Source: Arcicella lustrica (GTDB lineage: Bacteria > Bacteroidota > Bacteroidia > Cytophagales > Spirosomataceae). From it: a stretch of DNA of 64,000 nt. A program made the position numbers and the translations under genes. The stretch spans positions 221,383 to 285,382 of the forward strand of contig NZ_JAYGIM010000007.1 of NCBI RefSeq assembly GCF_034930985.1. Reading direction: 5' to 3'. The notes beneath the pieces were generated by a model, which did no database searches, had not been told where the DNA came from, and saw only the letters and a list, made by a program, of their open reading frames with translations. Below are positions 48,094 through 57,856 of the stretch, in pieces. The stretch's first letter is position 1, and every line of letters starts with the position of its first letter.

Positions 48094-48737
48094 ATTGATG
48101 TTAAGATTGCTTCTGTTGGTTTTACTATTTTCATTAATTCACTTAATTTCTCTATGTCTTTCAACGCTGGTGCTATTTCAAATTTACTGTTTACATCCAG
48201 CGAATGAATCTTTAAGCCTGCTAACTCCCTAGCTTGGGCGGCATTATCTAAATCTATGCCCCCGGCCAAAAAAAATGGTTTATCGTTATCATATCGGCGT
48301 AAAACCGACCAATCGAACGTAATACCGTTGCCTCCTTTCAAATCCCCTTTGGTATCAAATAAAAAGTAATCGCAATAGGGTTTAAAATTGAGTAGTTTAC
48401 CAAAATTGAATTGATTATCGACCGAGAAAGCTTTAATGATATTTACTCCTTTAAATTTGAGGTTTCTACAAAAATCGGGCATTTCTTCACCATGTAACTG
48501 CACATAATCTAAAGCATATTTTTTTACTTTATCTAAAATATATGCTTGCGTTGCATTCACAAAAACACCTACTTTTTTTACCGTATGTGGAAATGATTTT
48601 AGCAATTCTTCGTCTAATTCTTCTCCTATAAAACGGCTTGATTTTTCATAAAAAATAAAACCCATATAGTCGGGTCCTAGTTCTAATAACTCTTTGATAT
48701 TATCAGAGTTACGCATTCCACAAACTTTTAGTCTCAT
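48090..48737 (-). CDS. trpF: Phosphoribosylanthranilate isomerase
   Basis: 'LKVCGM' start and TIM-barrel PRAI features. Overlaps the trpB start by 4 nt. Confidence 0.75.
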   Translation of the reverse strand: MRLKVCGMRNSDNIKELLELGPDYMGFIFYEKSSRFIGEELDEELLKSFPHTVKKVGVFVNATQAYILDKVKKYALDYVQLHGEEMPDFCRNLKFKGVNIIKAFSVDNQFNFGKLLNFKPYCDYFLFDTKGDLKGGNGITFDWSVLRRYDNDKPFFLAGGIDLDNAAQARELAGLKIHSLDVNSKFEIAPALKDIEKLSELMKIVKPTEAILTSI

Positions 48738-48952
48738 ATCTTTGAAGTGGTCAATTAATTATTATTCTATTTATGCTTGATTAATAACAAAGTTAGTGAA
48801 AATCAGGGATTTTTGTTATTCAAAAATTAAGAGAATCACAGAACATTCATCTGTTTTTTCGCATAAACTTGAATTATAATACCGAAACTCAGTGTTTATC
48901 AAGAAGGTTTTTCTTTTCTTCTAAACTTCCGCATTCACTTTCTCTGTATGGA

Positions 48953-49444
48953 TTACTCATAAAATACAGAAATCAACTCGGCAATGCAGACAGGTTTTGT
49001 TTGTCCTTCAATTTCAAAAATACAATTCATCGTTACTTTCAAACCTTTGGGTTGTACTTCTTCGGCTTCCAAAATATTAGCCTTCATACTTACTTTACTT
49101 CCCGCAGGAACAGCAGCCGTGAAACGTATTTTATTAGCACCATAATTCAAACCCATTTTTACAGATTCTACTTTGAAAAGCTCTGCTATAAATTTAGGTG
49201 CTAATGCCAAAGTCAAAAAACCATGCGCTACAGTTTGCTGAAAAGGAGAGTATTTCTTTGCCATAGCTTCATCCACATGAATCCACTGAAAATCATGCGT
49301 TGCTTTCGCAAAATCATTAATCATTTCCTGAGTAATCGTTGTAAATTCGGTTGTTCCTATTTCTGTACCGATGCTATTTTTTAGCGCTTGAAGGTCTTTA
49401 AAAATTACCATTGTGAATATTTGAGTTGAACATGATGCCCACAA
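48953..49444 (-). CDS. MaoC-like (R-specific enoyl-CoA hydratase / hot-dog fold) protein
   Basis: 'HVDEAMAKKSPF...VAHGF' hot-dog motif. The start may be the Met at ~49411. Confidence 0.65.
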   Translation of the reverse strand: MWASCSTQIFTMVIFKDLQALKNSIGTEIGTTEFTTITQEMINDFAKATHDFQWIHVDEAMAKKYSPFQQTVAHGFLTLALAPKFIAELFKVESVKMGLNYGANKIRFTAAVPAGSKVSMKANILEAEEVQPKGLKVTMNCIFEIEGQTKPVCIAELISVFYE

Positions 49445-49472
49445 TTTACGGCTTTTGAATGAACAATAAAAA

Positions 49473-49510
49473 AGCCTCCGTTCCCTTAGGTTGGAGGCTC
49501 CATATTGCTA
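49473..49510 (-). terminator. Minus-oriented intrinsic terminator
   Basis: Minus-strand RNA forms GAGCCUCC...GGAGGCUUUUUUAUUG. Confidence 0.4.
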
Positions 49511-49667
49511 GAGGCTAAAAGTTCGAATCTGAGTGCTGCTGTTAAAATGTACTTTTATTGATAATCAAAGTATTATTGCTGATTTGTTGTGTCAAAATAA
49601 CGATAAAAACTTGATGGTATTTCTCAATAAAATGTTAAAACTTGTTAATGAAATGTTAAAATGTTTT

Positions 49668-49706
49668 TGACAAAAACAAAAGTCCCCAAAATTGAATTTT
49701 GAGGAC
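49668..49706 (-). terminator. Minus-oriented intrinsic terminator after the membrane-protein gene
   Basis: Imperfect hairpin GGTCCTCAAAATT/AATTTTGGGGAC followed by a U-rich tract on the minus strand. Confidence 0.4.
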
Positions 49707-49730
49707 CTTGGGAAAGAAAATTATTAGATT

Positions 49731-50114
49731 TTACTCTTTATTCTCAGGTAAGTTTTTTTGATTGAGTTTCATTTGATAGAAGTAAGAAACCAACAAACCC
49801 AAACCTCCAAAAATGAAAATCATTGAAAAGTGTGCTACATCATCATCAACATTCAATACGCTTTCCAACAGGCTTCCCATCAATAAACCAATACCAAAAC
49901 CAATTAATACAAAGCCCCAACGTAATGAATGGCTTGGGTTTACATTATAGTTTTTAGTGCTTTTTTCAGGTGGAGCAATTCCTTTGGCAATCATTGCCAT
50001 TTTTTCGTCATTATCGTATTTACGTAAAAATACTATCATTGTGAAGGTGCTGATAATTGCTACAATTGGCACCATAATTCCTACAATTGGAACTAAGCTA
50101 TCTAAATTTTCCAT
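49731..50114 (-). CDS. Small membrane protein (hypothetical)
   Basis: Three predicted TM helices. 127 aa. Confidence 0.45.
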   Translation of the reverse strand: MENLDSLVPIVGIMVPIVAIISTFTMIVFLRKYDNDEKMAMIAKGIAPPEKSTKNYNVNPSHSLRWGFVLIGFGIGLLMGSLLESVLNVDDDVAHFSMIFIFGGLGLLVSYFYQMKLNQKNLPENKE

Positions 50115-50240
50115 GTTATAAAAAAAGTTTTTGTTTTCGTGAATTTTTAAAATCTTGCCGATATGATGTAATAAACTTGTTTGAGGTTACAGTTATTTTT
50201 AAAAATAAAAATGTTTATCTTGTTGTAACCTTTTCAACTA

Positions 50241-50828
50241 TTGTTGCATCCTATCCATGTGAAAACCAAGGAAACAGATAATCAAATCATCCAACGCATA
50301 TTAACAGGCGACCAGTCGGGCTATAGAGAGCTTGCCAATCGCCATAAAGACTATGCCTTTACGGTTGCATACAAAATTGTAGGCACACGTGAGGATGCCG
50401 AAGAGGTTTCTCAAGATGCTTTTATGCAAGCTTTTCATGCTTTGCCGAGTTTTAATCAAGAAGCAAAATTCACTACTTGGTTCTACAGAATTGTATTTAA
50501 TGCTGCTTTGATGTTTAAACGGAAAAAAATTATTGTGGCAGAAGACATCAGTATTTCGGAAGCTGCCCAACAAGCACCAGCTGATACAAGCGATAATTTA
50601 AAAGTAAACGAACAAAAAAAGTACATTCAAAAAGCCTTGAACCAGCTTTCTGCCGACGATGTTACGATGATAACACTCTTTTATTTGAAAGAACAATCAT
50701 TAGAAGAAATCGCTCAAATCGTTGGAATTTCTGCCGAAACAGCCAAAGTAAAACTTTGCAGAGCCAGAAAACGATTAGCAGAAGAAATGAAAAGGATTTT
50801 AGGAAGTGAAGTAAGAACATTAATCTAA
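50241..50828 (+). CDS. ECF-subfamily RNA polymerase sigma-70 factor
   Basis: Region 2 'FMQAFHALPSF...FTTWFYRIVFN'. Region 4 helix-turn-helix 'LEEIAQIVGISAETAKVKLCRARKRL'. Confidence 0.8.
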   Translation: MLHPIHVKTKETDNQIIQRILTGDQSGYRELANRHKDYAFTVAYKIVGTREDAEEVSQDAFMQAFHALPSFNQEAKFTTWFYRIVFNAALMFKRKKIIVAEDISISEAAQQAPADTSDNLKVNEQKKYIQKALNQLSADDVTMITLFYLKEQSLEEIAQIVGISAETAKVKLCRARKRLAEEMKRILGSEVRTLI

Positions 50829-50830
50829 GT

Positions 50831-51334
50831 TTGATTTTTCAAACGAACAATAATATGAAAGACGAAGAGATTTTTGACATTCTTGATGGCATTGCTTCTG
50901 AGGAAACAATTATCCGCCATCAAAATCTATTGGTAAGCGACGAAGCCTATCGTTCTCTTTTTCAAGAGTATGCAGAAACGCATGCTTTGTTGGAAGCAAT
51001 ACCTGTTGAAAAAACTGCCGTTAATTTTACCGATAAATTAATGGATAAATGGGAATTGGCGCAAGCAGAAGTACTTGAAAGAAAGACGAGTAAATTACCT
51101 TTTTACTTTTTGACTGGCGCTGGCATTGTACTTGTCCTTTCATTAATGATGGTGTTTTCTTTGAGTAGTCCTTCTACGATGAAAGTTAATTTGAATCCTG
51201 TTTTGAATATTCTTCAAAATAAATTTTTTATCAATGGATTATTGACGATTAACACATTGGTTTTTCTAAAGTTTATCGACAAAAAATTCTTGAAACCTTA
51301 TTTTGAAAAACGCTTTCATGTTGGGAGTTTTTAA
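50831..51334 (+). CDS. Putative membrane anti-sigma factor (hypothetical)
   Basis: Lies immediately downstream of the ECF sigma gene and is translationally coupled to it. A single TM helix sits mid-protein. Confidence 0.4.
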   Translation: MIFQTNNNMKDEEIFDILDGIASEETIIRHQNLLVSDEAYRSLFQEYAETHALLEAIPVEKTAVNFTDKLMDKWELAQAEVLERKTSKLPFYFLTGAGIVLVLSLMMVFSLSSPSTMKVNLNPVLNILQNKFFINGLLTINTLVFLKFIDKKFLKPYFEKRFHVGSF

Positions 51335-51356
51335 GTTTTAGCTTCATATTTTCATA

Positions 51357-51400
51357 AAACGTCGTCTTTGTTCAACACAAAGACGACGTTTATTTTTATA
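51357..51400. terminator. Bidirectional intrinsic terminator
   Basis: AAACGTCGTCTTTGT-TCAAC-ACAAAGACGACGTTTATTTTT. Confidence 0.7.
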
Positions 51401-51410
51401 CTAAAATACT

Positions 51411-52874
51411 TTACACCAATAACTTATCTGCTTTCACTGCTTCAAATTCACTTTTTTCGCTTTCGCACATTGGGCAACAATAATCAGCTGGTAATTCGGA
51501 GAATTTTACTCCTGCCGCAATACCATTGACAGCATCACCAAAACGACTATCATAAATGGTAAAGCAAGTTTTACATTGATGTAATTCTACTTCGGTTTCT
51601 TCTTTATTTAAAGTTGCCTTTTTCACTACTGTTGTATCTACTTTCTTAACTGCATAGAAGCGTTTTGATAAACGTTGCAAAATTTCAGGAACGTGCGCTC
51701 TGTTTACTCCTTTCTCAAATAAAGTTAAAGTACGATTGTTCGGGTTAAAATCAACCGTATGATAAATATCAAATACATGAGAAATTCCAGCAAAAATCTT
51801 TCTTTTCTTAATAACTACCGAACCAAATACTTCCGACTTTGAACGTGTCTGAATTGCAAAACTTAAACCAAAAGTACGCACATCTTCATCATCAAATTCA
51901 CGAATAATGGCTTTTTTCAATGATAAGCCTTCTGGTGATAAATCTTCTACTTGCCAGTTCAATTCGTTAGCTGCATGACGAACGTTGATGCCGTACTTAC
52001 CTAATAGTTTGTCCCAAAGGTTTCTATGTTTATTTTCAATTCCTTTGATAATCAATGATTTCCAAGGCGTTGTACAAATTTGACCAACTTTGGTTTCAAG
52101 ACATAATTCGCAAATTTCAGATAAAAATTCTATTGGGAAGGTTTCATTTCTTCTATAAATTCCTAACCAAGTTTTTTCTCCGTAACGGTTAAAGCCTTCG
52201 TAATAAGGTAATGAAAATTTAGGCAATACTAGCTCTTCAAGGATTACTTGTGAAATAATTTCTCCTTTAGCAATTACTTTTTCATAAACTTCATTTTCGT
52301 CCATCTCGCCAGCATTCAAAATTACTTCTTCTATGCGCTTACATACTTTGGGAATTTCTAAAGTATAAATCAAAATCGGAAAGCGAAAAACTTTGTTCGA
52401 TTGCTTAAAACGCACATACAAATACCAGAAATTCTGAATGGTTGAGGCGATGAAATTCAAATTACCCGTAAAAAATGGTGTGAAAGATTGCTGAGAGTCT
52501 GAAATATTGACTTTTAACTGAGGTTCGTAATCAAAACCATCAAAAATATCTCTATAAATTCCTTCTGAAATCCACTGTCCTGTCGGAAAAACTTCTTCTG
52601 CACAATACGAAGAAATAATATTAGGTTTTTTATCTGTATCTTCTTCGAAAGAAATATTAGTTTCGTACAATTTTTTCTTAAATTCTAATATACTACTTCC
52701 TCGAACAATTTCTGATTTAACATACATCAACAATTGTTGCCTTGCTCCGAACCTTACTTCTCTAACTCCTGCTGATTTTGCTGCTAAAAGAATACTTTGT
52801 AAAGTGCCTGGCGAAACAATTCCACCAGTTAGATTTATTTTAAGTAGTGAGTAATCTTTCATGTTGAATATCAT
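51411..52874 (-). CDS. Two-part protein: N-terminal nitrite/sulfite-reductase-like ferredoxin-fold region lacking the siroheme Cys cluster, plus a C-terminal rubredoxin
   Basis: C-terminal 'CKTCFTIYD...CCPMC' is a rubredoxin Cx2C...Cx2C motif. N-terminal 'LKINLTGGIVSPGTLQSILLAAKSAGVREVRFGARQQL' resembles the nitrite/sulfite reductase ferredoxin-like half-domain. No CxxxxxC...CxxxC siroheme motif is present. Confidence 0.55.
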   Translation of the reverse strand: MIFNMKDYSLLKINLTGGIVSPGTLQSILLAAKSAGVREVRFGARQQLLMYVKSEIVRGSSILEFKKKLYETNISFEEDTDKKPNIISSYCAEEVFPTGQWISEGIYRDIFDGFDYEPQLKVNISDSQQSFTPFFTGNLNFIASTIQNFWYLYVRFKQSNKVFRFPILIYTLEIPKVCKRIEEVILNAGEMDENEVYEKVIAKGEIISQVILEELVLPKFSLPYYEGFNRYGEKTWLGIYRRNETFPIEFLSEICELCLETKVGQICTTPWKSLIIKGIENKHRNLWDKLLGKYGINVRHAANELNWQVEDLSPEGLSLKKAIIREFDDEDVRTFGLSFAIQTRSKSEVFGSVVIKKRKIFAGISHVFDIYHTVDFNPNNRTLTLFEKGVNRAHVPEILQRLSKRFYAVKKVDTTVVKKATLNKEETEVELHQCKTCFTIYDSRFGDAVNGIAAGVKFSELPADYCCPMCESEKSEFEAVKADKLLV

Positions 52875-53320
52875 TTAAATAATTTATCAAATATATAAAT
52901 AATTAGCGTAACATCATAGTGATTTATACTTAATATACTGAAAATCAAATGCGTATTATAGGTAAAATCTTCGTATAACTATTTTAATATTTTATATAAA
53001 TGCGATTTATCAAATTGTATTATTCCTATAAATATGATTTTTTTTAGAGGAACTTTCTTGAAAAAGTGAAAATAATTGCTTCTTCATGATTGACATATCA
53101 AAATCCTTTTCTAAGTTTACATCGTCAAACGAATGACACGGATAAAATTCTAAGCGCTGAGTTGAAAATTAAAATCAATTTCCTTTTTCAAACGAAAGCA
53201 TCTTTTATTAAGTGACGTCCAAATAGAAAATACTTTTAATACAGAAAAATAAATTCTTAGAAAAATACAAATTATCCTTTTAATAAATTTCATCATTAAT
53301 AACAATTAAATAATAAAGTC

Positions 53321-53719
53321 ATGAAAAAGAACACAGTTAAAGCATTTATCGTAGCAGTTACTATGGTTTGCTTATCAAACGTAAATACTTTCGCTTCAAA
53401 CTTCGACGAATCAGCTAGCCTTGTAAAAAGCAAAATTGCTCAAGTAAATAACTCATTAAGCTTCAATGTTTGGGTTGACAACGTAGCAAGCAAAAAAGTT
53501 GTAGTTGTAGTTACAGATGCTGACAAAAACGAAATTCACCGTGAATATGTTGATACTAAAGGTGGTAAATTCGCTAAAACTTTCGATTTCTCTAGCTTAG
53601 CAGATGGAAAATATACTATCGAAGTTATCAGCCAAAATGTGAATGTTGTTGAATCAAAATCTTTTGAAATCAAAACAAATCTTATCACAAACCGTGACGT
53701 TGTTGTAGCTATCCGTTAA
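53321..53719 (+). CDS. Small secreted hypothetical protein
   Basis: Signal peptide 'MKKNTVKAFIVAVTMVCLSNVNTFA'. 132 aa. Confidence 0.5.
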   Translation: MKKNTVKAFIVAVTMVCLSNVNTFASNFDESASLVKSKIAQVNNSLSFNVWVDNVASKKVVVVVTDADKNEIHREYVDTKGGKFAKTFDFSSLADGKYTIEVISQNVNVVESKSFEIKTNLITNRDVVVAIR

Positions 53720-53774
53720 TCTTTAAACATTAACGACTATGGCAAAACAGTTTTTTAACCTCTGTACAATGAAT

Positions 53775-53812
53775 TTAGGGAAGTCTGTCTAACGATAACT
53801 TCCCTATTTTTA
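53775..53812. terminator. Bidirectional intrinsic terminator
   Basis: TAGGGAAGT-loop-ACTTCCCTATTTTT. Confidence 0.65.
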
Positions 53813-53826
53813 TGTCAAATTTAAAA

Positions 53827-56800
53827 TTAAGCTTCTACCAAAGCCTCTTTTAAAGCATTCTCTAAAATAGCTCTTACTTCTGGTCGGCAACTTCCGCAAC
53901 CCATTCCAGCTCCCGTCTGTGAACACAAAGCTGTGAAATCTTTACAACCGCTTGCAATGGTAGTTTTCAAATTTCCTTCGCCTACATTATTACAAGAACA
54001 AACCAATTTTCCCATTACTGGGTCAGCTTTTTTACCACTTCTTAATAATTCTAAACGTTTGTCGGATAATTCTATGCCATTGGCAATTAAATCTTTAAAC
54101 TCTAAGAATTCAGATTTATCGCCAATCAAAATCGCTCCAACCAATTTATCATTATGAATGATACATTTTTTATAATAGCGTTTTGCTTTATCAATGAAAA
54201 TAATCTCCTCGTAATCAGGTGATTTAGGCGTATCAATCATTCCTAAAGAACATAATTGTACTCCTTGTATTTTCATGATGTTCATCGAAAGCGAGCCTTT
54301 GTAATAACTAGCAAAATCGCCTGCAATATATTTTGCAATGATATCTGCTTGTTGTTCGGCGGCAGCTGTAATTCCCCACATTTGTCCACGCCATTGAGCG
54401 ATTTCCCCTGCGGCAAAAATACTTTCGTCGGATGTTTGAAGATAATCATTCACCACAACTCCACGATTTACTTCAATGCCTGCCGCACGAGCAATTTCAA
54501 CATTTGGAGAAGTACCAATGGCAAAAACGGCTACTTGTGCATCAATTTTTCTACCTGACTTTAAGCGAACGCCTTCAAATTTATCTGTACCATAAAAAGC
54601 TGATACTTCATCATTGAAATAAACATCAATGCCTAAGTTTAATATTTCTTCGGTCAACAATTCAGAGCCAAGTGGGTCTAATTGTCTATCCATAAAACGG
54701 CTAATGCGTTGAACAATCGTTACTTTTACATTGATTTCACGCAAAGAAGCTGCCAATTCAAGCCCCAATAAACCTCCACCAACAATTAAAGCATGTGGAT
54801 TATCTTGTTTTAAAAATGGCATTAAACTATCGGCATCAATACGAGAACGCATATTGAAAATTCCCGGAATTTTTGGAATAGAAGGTGGCATAAATGCTCT
54901 TGAACCCATTCCTAGAATCAATCTATCATAAGTATGCTCGTTTCCTTCTGAGTCAACAATGGTTTTATTTTTACGGTCGATATTTACGACTTCAATGCCT
55001 TTATGAACATGAATGTTAGATTCTGTGAATTGATCTTCACGTAATTTTACCAATTGCGACCAATCCTGAGCGCCAGAAATATAATCTGGCAACATTACTC
55101 TGTTGTAAAAAGGATGGATTTCTTTTGAGAAAACGTGAATCTCATCTGTTTGATTAAGCTCACGATAAGATTTAATGAAGCCTAAACCCGCAGAACCCGC
55201 ACCGATAATGATAATTTTTTCGTGTGGTTTTACGTAAGCTCTTACTTCTACAGCCGTGAATTTAAAATCTGGTTCTTTTGAACGTGGGTCGTACAAACTA
55301 TTGGTTAAATTGTTTGTTCTACCAAAATCGCTTCCTAAAATTCTACCGAAGTGCATCGGCATAAAGCAAACGCCTTTTTTAACATCCGTAGTAACTTTGG
55401 CTTTTACTTGTGCTTTTCCACGACGACCAACAATTTCAACAATTTGATTATCGGAAATTTGTCTTTCTTGGGCATCTTCTGGATGAATTTCCAGATAAGG
55501 TTGAGCAATGTGTTGATTGAGTTTATTGACTTTCCCAGTTTTGGTCATGGTATGCCATTGGTCACGGATACGACCAGTAGTCATTACTAAAGGGAAATCT
55601 TCATTCATGCTTTCAGAGTGGTTTTCGTCTGGCACAGCATGAATTTTTGCTTTTTGATTGAAGGTGTAGAACTTGCCGTCTGTAAACAAGCGTCTTGTTC
55701 CTGACTCCTTAAAAGATTTTTCCACAGATTCAGCATTGGCAGGATATGGCCATTGAATACTTCTATTCTCTTTTAAAATCTCATAATTAAGCCCTGAAAT
55801 ATCAATATTTGTTCCTTTAGTTGAACGACAATGTTCGTCGTAAACCTCAGAAAGGGAAGTGTAATTAAAGGCTTCGCCAAAGCCCATTTTGTTAGCGAAA
55901 AGGTTAATAATTTCAGTGTCTGATTTTGCTTCGCCAGGAGCGTCTAGCACTTTAGGTAAATGTGTAATTCTTCTTTCAGAATTAGTCATTGTTCCTTCTT
56001 TTTCTAGCCATGCAGCCGCAGGAAGTACAACATCAGCATATTTGATAGTATCTGAACGATTTGAAATATCTTGAACAACTACGAATTTGGCTTTTTCTAA
56101 GGCTTTTTCAACCAAAGTAACATCTGGCAGACTTACTAAAGGATTGGTGCAAACTACCCAAATCGCTTTCATACGTCCATCTGCCAAAGCTTCAAACATT
56201 TCTGTGGCAGAGAAACCCGGTTTATCCGAAATTTTTGTGCCTCCCCAAAAAGCTTGTACTTCATCACGATGTGCTGGATTCAATAAATCTCTGTGCGCTG
56301 GCAACATATTAGCCAAACCGCCTACTTCACGACCGCCCATTGCATTGGGCTGACCAGTCAATGAAAAAGGACCGTTTCCTTCACGACCAATTTTACCCGT
56401 AATTAAATGTAAATCAATCAAAGAAAGGTTTTTATTCACTCCGATAACAGACTGATTCAAGCCCATTGTCCACATCGATAAAAATCCCTTTGATTCGTGA
56501 ATATATTGTGCCGCTAATGTTATTTCTTCAAGCGTAACCCCACAAATTAAAGCAGATTCTTCCAGCGATTTCTGCATTACTTGTGCTTGATATGCCTCAA
56601 ACCCGTCAGTGTTGTTAGTGATAAAATCTTGGTCTATCCAATTTTTTTCGATTAATACTCTACCAATGGCATTAGTCAAAGTAATGTCTGTTCCGGGATG
56701 AATTTGTAAATGTAAATCTGCTTGACTAGCCGTTTGAGTACGTCTTGGGTCAACTACAATGATTTTTACATTCGGATTCGCTTGTTTGTGCGCTTCTACT

Positions 56801-57369
56801 CTTCGCCAGATAATAGGATGACACCACGCTGGATTAGCACCTGTTACAAAAAAACAATCTGCTAATTCAATGTCATCATAACAAACAGGAACAGAATCTT
56901 CCCCCAAAGTAAGCTTATAACCAACCACCGCCGATGACATACAAAGACGAGAGTTGGTATCAATATTATTAGAACCAATAAAGCCTTTAATAAGCTTATT
57001 GATTACGTAGTATTCTTCTGTAAGACATTGCCCAGAAACATAAAAACCGACAGAGTCGGGACCATATTTTTGAATAAATGTTTTGAAAATGGCAGCAGTA
57101 CGGTCGAGGGCAGTATCCCACGATACTCGTTGTAATGGCATATTTCGGTTGAATCTCATTTCTGGGTACAGCAATCTATCTGATTGATCCATTACTGTAT
57201 AATGCAGATTCATTCCCTTTGAACATAACATTCCTTTACTTGAAGGGTGATCTTTGTCTCCTTCAAGATGCAGCCTACCATTGCCTAAATCTGTTACTTC
57301 CACACCACAACCAACCCCACAATACGAGCAGGTAGATTTATACTTTTTAAGATTTGATTTACTGCTCAT
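53827..57369 (-). CDS. Assimilatory nitrate reductase, a fusion of a Mo-bisMGD catalytic domain (NasA/NarB-like) with an FAD/NAD(P)H pyridine-nucleotide-disulfide reductase domain and a BFD-like [2Fe-2S] domain
   Basis: N-terminal 'CSYCGVGCGVEV' [4Fe-4S] motif followed by molybdopterin oxidoreductase regions. C-terminal half contains 'IIIIGAGSAGLG' (FAD) and 'VVGGGLLGLE' (NAD) motifs. It ends 'CSCNNVGEG...CGSC' (BFD-like). 1180 aa. Confidence 0.8.
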   Translation of the reverse strand: MSSKSNLKKYKSTCSYCGVGCGVEVTDLGNGRLHLEGDKDHPSSKGMLCSKGMNLHYTVMDQSDRLLYPEMRFNRNMPLQRVSWDTALDRTAAIFKTFIQKYGPDSVGFYVSGQCLTEEYYVINKLIKGFIGSNNIDTNSRLCMSSAVVGYKLTLGEDSVPVCYDDIELADCFFVTGANPAWCHPIIWRRVEAHKQANPNVKIIVVDPRRTQTASQADLHLQIHPGTDITLTNAIGRVLIEKNWIDQDFITNNTDGFEAYQAQVMQKSLEESALICGVTLEEITLAAQYIHESKGFLSMWTMGLNQSVIGVNKNLSLIDLHLITGKIGREGNGPFSLTGQPNAMGGREVGGLANMLPAHRDLLNPAHRDEVQAFWGGTKISDKPGFSATEMFEALADGRMKAIWVVCTNPLVSLPDVTLVEKALEKAKFVVVQDISNRSDTIKYADVVLPAAAWLEKEGTMTNSERRITHLPKVLDAPGEAKSDTEIINLFANKMGFGEAFNYTSLSEVYDEHCRSTKGTNIDISGLNYEILKENRSIQWPYPANAESVEKSFKESGTRRLFTDGKFYTFNQKAKIHAVPDENHSESMNEDFPLVMTTGRIRDQWHTMTKTGKVNKLNQHIAQPYLEIHPEDAQERQISDNQIVEIVGRRGKAQVKAKVTTDVKKGVCFMPMHFGRILGSDFGRTNNLTNSLYDPRSKEPDFKFTAVEVRAYVKPHEKIIIIGAGSAGLGFIKSYRELNQTDEIHVFSKEIHPFYNRVMLPDYISGAQDWSQLVKLREDQFTESNIHVHKGIEVVNIDRKNKTIVDSEGNEHTYDRLILGMGSRAFMPPSIPKIPGIFNMRSRIDADSLMPFLKQDNPHALIVGGGLLGLELAASLREINVKVTIVQRISRFMDRQLDPLGSELLTEEILNLGIDVYFNDEVSAFYGTDKFEGVRLKSGRKIDAQVAVFAIGTSPNVEIARAAGIEVNRGVVVNDYLQTSDESIFAAGEIAQWRGQMWGITAAAEQQADIIAKYIAGDFASYYKGSLSMNIMKIQGVQLCSLGMIDTPKSPDYEEIIFIDKAKRYYKKCIIHNDKLVGAILIGDKSEFLEFKDLIANGIELSDKRLELLRSGKKADPVMGKLVCSCNNVGEGNLKTTIASGCKDFTALCSQTGAGMGCGSCRPEVRAILENALKEALVEA

Positions 57370-57823
57370 TTCTTTTGACGATTTATAATATTTATTTCAA
57401 TTTCCAATTTTACTATTATCAGTATAAGCCTAAGGAAAGAATGCTTAACACGCTATTTATAAGCACTTTATCTTTAAAGGTATCGACATAGTCAAATTTT
57501 TAATTTTTATAATTATATTTTATTCCTTGTAAAAACATTCGGAAAACAAATTCTTCCGCACAACAAACATTTTTTCTTAATCAATCATCAATAAAAAGCT
57601 CTCATCGGTTTAAAAAATCAGTTTTATGAAAAAATCAGCGTTTTTTTAAATTTTTTCTTTGTAAAACTGGTCGATGTTACTTAGATTTGTTTAACGTTTA
57701 TCTCAAAACGCTATACAATATAGCTTTGAAAAAGCTGTTTTGGAATTTGATTTAGCTATTTATAAAATACTTAACCATTCCAAAATCTCATTACCTAGAT
57801 GCCTCCGCCAAGGTTTAGGGACA

Positions 57824-57856
57824 AATCCCGAAGTTCAACACTTCGGGATTTTTTAT
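57824..57856. terminator. Hairpin with a plus-strand T-tract immediately after the nrtD stop
   Basis: AATCCCGAAG-TTCAACA-CTTCGGGATTTTTTAT. Confidence 0.4.

Noticed and set aside
48738-48952. Possible leader-peptide attenuator upstream of trpF-trpB
   Set aside because: There is no TGG codon (CCA on the plus strand) on the coding strand in the 215-bp upstream region, and no convincing terminator/antiterminator pair.
48869-49204. ORF 48869..49204 (+)
   Set aside because: It is antisense to the MaoC-like gene and runs into an intergenic region, with low-complexity translation.
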